A stretch of 8,043 nucleotides of DNA, from IMG/VR virus record IMGVR_UViG_2617270947_000017; one strand, written 5' to 3'. The number at the start of each line of letters is the position of its first letter. Position 1 is the stretch's first letter. Made by a program: the position numbers and the translations under genes. The notes under the pieces were generated by a model. That model made no database searches and was not told where the DNA came from. It worked only from the letters and a program-made list of their open reading frames with translations. The stretch comes from a virus (taxonomy: Duplodnaviria; Heunggongvirae; Uroviricota; Caudoviricetes). Shown piece by piece: positions 5,712-8,043 of this stretch.

Positions 5712-6306
5712 TTTCTTAACTTTCCATGCAGAAGCAACGCCTGACGGCGTAAACATCATGCACCGCAGCAACGATGGCATGACAGAACGCGTTGAGACCG
5801 TCTCATATATTGATGCCGTAAATCGTCTGGATGCCGGGGATTATGACGATAAACCAGATGAAGGCATGTTTATACATCTCGCTATTGCCAGTGGCGGCAA
5901 CCAGGGATATTTCGATTACACATCACAGCATCACGTGATTATGTGGCGCTGGCTGATAGCAACAGCATTCATCAATGAAATGAGAAAGGAAAACGGCACC
6001 GTCAGCATTATTGATGACAGTGGCAATCATTCCGTGGTTTCTGTTTATTCCAATGGCATCGTCGCCATGCCGCTGTATCCAGTAGCAGAGCGCCTCGCTA
6101 TGGCAAACAACATTGAGGGCGCAATGATCGAGAAATATGGTGTTGATGTCGGAACAAAGAATGCCATCATTTTTTACAGCAACATGTTCGATGTCGAACA
6201 GGGAACACTCACTTCGTTTGGGCGAGAAGTGCTTGCCGATCTTCACAACAGCTTTATTGCCGAACTAAACGAAAACGGCATCCCAGAAGCACCAGTGACG
6301 CACTAA
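5704..6306 (+). CDS. Hypothetical protein (200 aa) immediately upstream of the primase
   Basis: GAGG (5693-5696) 7 nt upstream of ATG 5704; 8-nt overlap with the upstream stop. The ORF track's start at 5599 would overlap the previous gene by more than 100 nt. Stop at 6304-6306 is 12 nt before the primase start. Confidence 0.7.
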   Translation: MNNFLTFHAEATPDGVNIMHRSNDGMTERVETVSYIDAVNRLDAGDYDDKPDEGMFIHLAIASGGNQGYFDYTSQHHVIMWRWLIATAFINEMRKENGTVSIIDDSGNHSVVSVYSNGIVAMPLYPVAERLAMANNIEGAMIEKYGVDVGTKNAIIFYSNMFDVEQGTLTSFGREVLADLHNSFIAELNENGIPEAPVTH

Positions 6307-6318
6307 ACGGGGGCCAGA

Positions 6319-6882
6319 ATGCGAAACATTGATCTTATCCGTCAGGTTATCAGTGCGTCTGAAAACAACTGGCCTCATGTGCTGGGCTGCCTGAACATAA
6401 ATGTCCCTGACTCTCCGCGCCGTCATGCTCCCTGCCCTGCATGTGGGGGTAAAGATCGATTCCGGTTCGATGACAACGGGCGCGGTAGCTTCATCTGTAA
6501 TCAGTGCGGCGCTGGTGATGGGCTGGATTTAATTAAACGCGTAAATAACTGCGACACAACAGAGGCGGCGCTTCTTGCCGCTGATGTTCTGGGTATTGAT
6601 TACCGGACAACGGAAACACCAGAAGCCACCAGCCAGAAACGGGAACAACTGGAAACCGAGCGCCAGCGACGCGAACAGGAGCGCCTGAAAAGGGCAGAGA
6701 AGGACGAACAACAAAGACGGGCTACGTTTTCCCGTCAGTTTGATGACATGCGCAGAAAGGCCGTAAATGGCAAATCTGATTATCTGGTTGCGAAAGGGGT
6801 AGGTGATTTTACATTCCCCGTGTTGCCAGATGGATCTCTGTTGCTGGCGCTGGTGAACCGCCCCGGGAATCCTGGAGACTAA
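6319..6882 (+). pseudogene. Primase N-terminal fragment (P4 alpha-like zinc ribbon plus start of TOPRIM), interrupted by an IS element at about 6853/6854
   Basis: CPACGGKDRFRFDDNGRGSFICNQCG is a CxxC...CxxC primase zinc-ribbon motif; SDYLVAKGV...[15 protein letters not shown] resembles the start of a TOPRIM domain. The reading frame runs into the IS terminal repeat, so the last codons (NRPGNPGD-stop) come from IS sequence. Primases of this type are normally several hundred residues longer. Confidence 0.7.
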
Positions 6883-6907
6883 ACTCCCTGAGAAAGAGGT
6901 AAACAGG

Positions 6908-7234
6908 ATGACTAAAAATACACGTTTTTCCCCCGAGGTCCGTCAACGGGCAGTTCGTATGGTTCTGGAAAGTCAGGGCGAATATGACTCACAATGGGCG
7001 GCAATTTGTTCCATTGCCCCAAAGATTGGCTGTACGCCAGAGACTCTGCGTGTGTGGGTTCGTCAGCATGAGCGGGATACCGGGAGTGGTGATGGTGGAT
7101 TCACCACCGCTGAACGTCAGCGTCTGAAAGAGCTGGAACGTGAAAATCGTGAACTGCGCCGCAGTAACGATATCCTTCGCCAGGCTTCCGCTTATTTTGC
7201 GAAGGCGGAGTTCGACCGCCTCTGGAAAAAATAA
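6908..7234 (+). CDS. IS3-family transposase OrfA (HTH/leucine-zipper subunit), IS629-like (108 aa)
   Basis: [57 protein letters not shown]... matches my recollection of IS629/IS1203 OrfA almost residue for residue; ends [36 protein letters not shown]. Confidence 0.9.
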   Translation: MTKNTRFSPEVRQRAVRMVLESQGEYDSQWAAICSIAPKIGCTPETLRVWVRQHERDTGSGDGGFTTAERQRLKELERENRELRRSNDILRQASAYFAKAEFDRLWKK

Positions 7235-8043
7235 TGCCACTGCTGGATAAGCTGCGTGAGCAGTACGGGGTCGGACCGGTATGCAGTGAACTGCATATTG
7301 CCCCGTCAACGTATTACCACTGTCAGCAACAGCGACATCATCCTGATAAACGCAGTGCCCGTGCGCAGCGCGATGACTGGCTGAAGAGAGAGATACAGCG
7401 CGTATACGATGAAAATCATCAGGTGTACGGTGTGCGTAAAGTCTGGCGCCAGTTGTTACGCGAAGGTATCAGGGTGGCCAGATGTACAGTGGCGCGCCTC
7501 ATGGCGGTTATGGGACTTGCCGGTGTTCTCCGGGGTAAAAAGGTCCGTACTACCGTCAGCCGGAAAGCCGTTTCCGCAGGCGACCGCGTAAACCGTCAGT
7601 TCGTGGCAGAACGACCTGACCAGCTGTGGGTGGCTGATTTTACTTACGTCAGCACATGGCGGGGCTTCGTCTATGTGGCGTTCATCATTGATGTGTTTGC
7701 CGGATACATTGTGGGGTGGCGGGTCTCATCGTCCATGGAGACGACATTCGTGCTGGATGCACTGGAGCAGGCGTTATGGGCCCGTCGACCGTCCGGCACG
7801 GTCCATCACAGTGATAAAGGTTCTCAGTATGTATCGCTGGCCTACACACAGCGGCTTAAGGAAGCCGGATTACTGGCATCAACAGGAAGTACAGGCGACT
7901 CGTATGACAACGCGATGGCGGAGAGCATCAATGGTCTTTACAAAGCTGAGGTAATACACCGTAAGAGCTGGAAAAACCGTGCAGAAGTGGAACTGGCCAC
8001 ACTCACGTGGGTGGACTGGTATAACAATCGACGATTGCTGGAA
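7234..8043 (+). CDS. IS3-family transposase OrfB (DDE/rve catalytic subunit), IS629-like; partial, runs off the window end
   Basis: Frame-1 reading from ATG 7234 (overlapping the orfA TAA) is open to the window end (270 codons). Hand translation gives [21 protein letters not shown]...DQLWVADFTYVSTWRGFVYVAFIIDVFAGYIVGW...HSDKGSQYVSLAYTQRLKEAGLLASTGSTGDSYDNAMAESINGLYKAEVIH..., with the DDE-integrase hallmarks. Not in the ORF track because no stop lies within the window. Confidence 0.9.
   Translation, partial: MPLLDKLREQYGVGPVCSELHIAPSTYYHCQQQRHHPDKRSARAQRDDWLKREIQRVYDENHQVYGVRKVWRQLLREGIRVARCTVARLMAVMGLAGVLRGKKVRTTVSRKAVSAGDRVNRQFVAERPDQLWVADFTYVSTWRGFVYVAFIIDVFAGYIVGWRVSSSMETTFVLDALEQALWARRPSGTVHHSDKGSQYVSLAYTQRLKEAGLLASTGSTGDSYDNAMAESINGLYKAEVIHRKSWKNRAEVELATLTWVDWYNNRRLLE

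Larger units (their letters stand above)
6854..8043 (+). mobile_element. IS3-family insertion sequence, IS629/IS1203-like (left end and most of the element; continues past window end)
   Basis: Terminal sequence TGAACCGCCCCGGGAATCCTGGAGACT... begins at 6854, as I recall for the IS629 end. orfA starts 54 bp inside and orfB is in the -1 frame overlapping the orfA stop, the classic IS3 arrangement. Right end and target-site duplication are outside the window. Confidence 0.85.

Noticed and set aside
5923-6714. Minus-strand ORFs 5923-6246 and 6529-6714
   Set aside because: Antisense to the 200-aa ORF and to the primase zinc-ribbon region; shadow ORFs.
6989-7954. Minus-strand ORF 6989-7309 and plus-strand frame-2 ORFs 7409-7591 and 7673-7954 inside the IS
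   Set aside because: The IS transposase genes (orfA frame 2 to 7234, orfB frame 1 from 7234) account for this region; these are alternative-frame artefacts with Trp/Arg/Cys-rich translations.
1-8043. CRISPR arrays, tRNA or rRNA genes
   Set aside because: No regularly spaced direct repeats and no cloverleaf-like or rRNA-like sequence noticed by eye. Any integration-site tRNA would lie upstream of position 1. A proper tRNA or CRISPR scan was not possible.

Overview
This window looks like the integrase-proximal arm of an integrated P4-like / PICI-like satellite island from an enterobacterial genome (Escherichia/Shigella-like codon usage; IS629-like IS3-family element). All confident genes are on the + strand. 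In order: a complete P4-family tyrosine integrase (1-1254); a strongly AT-rich 316-aa cargo ORF with its own terminator (1273-2260); an AlpA-family regulator (2330-2533); a 143-aa hypothetical; an antirepressor-like protein; a small coupled ORF; a region of uncertain coding status (3979-4640); a chain of five translationally coupled small ORFs; a 200-aa ORF; and the N-terminal part of a primase cut at about 6853/6854 by an IS629-like element whose orfA and partial orfB run to the window end. The best candidate for an undescribed function is the AT-rich cargo gene between int and alpA. No tRNA, rRNA or CRISPR array is visible; any att site or tRNA would lie upstream of position 1. All functional calls rest on motif recognition by eye and recalled family knowledge; no database search or computation was possible.
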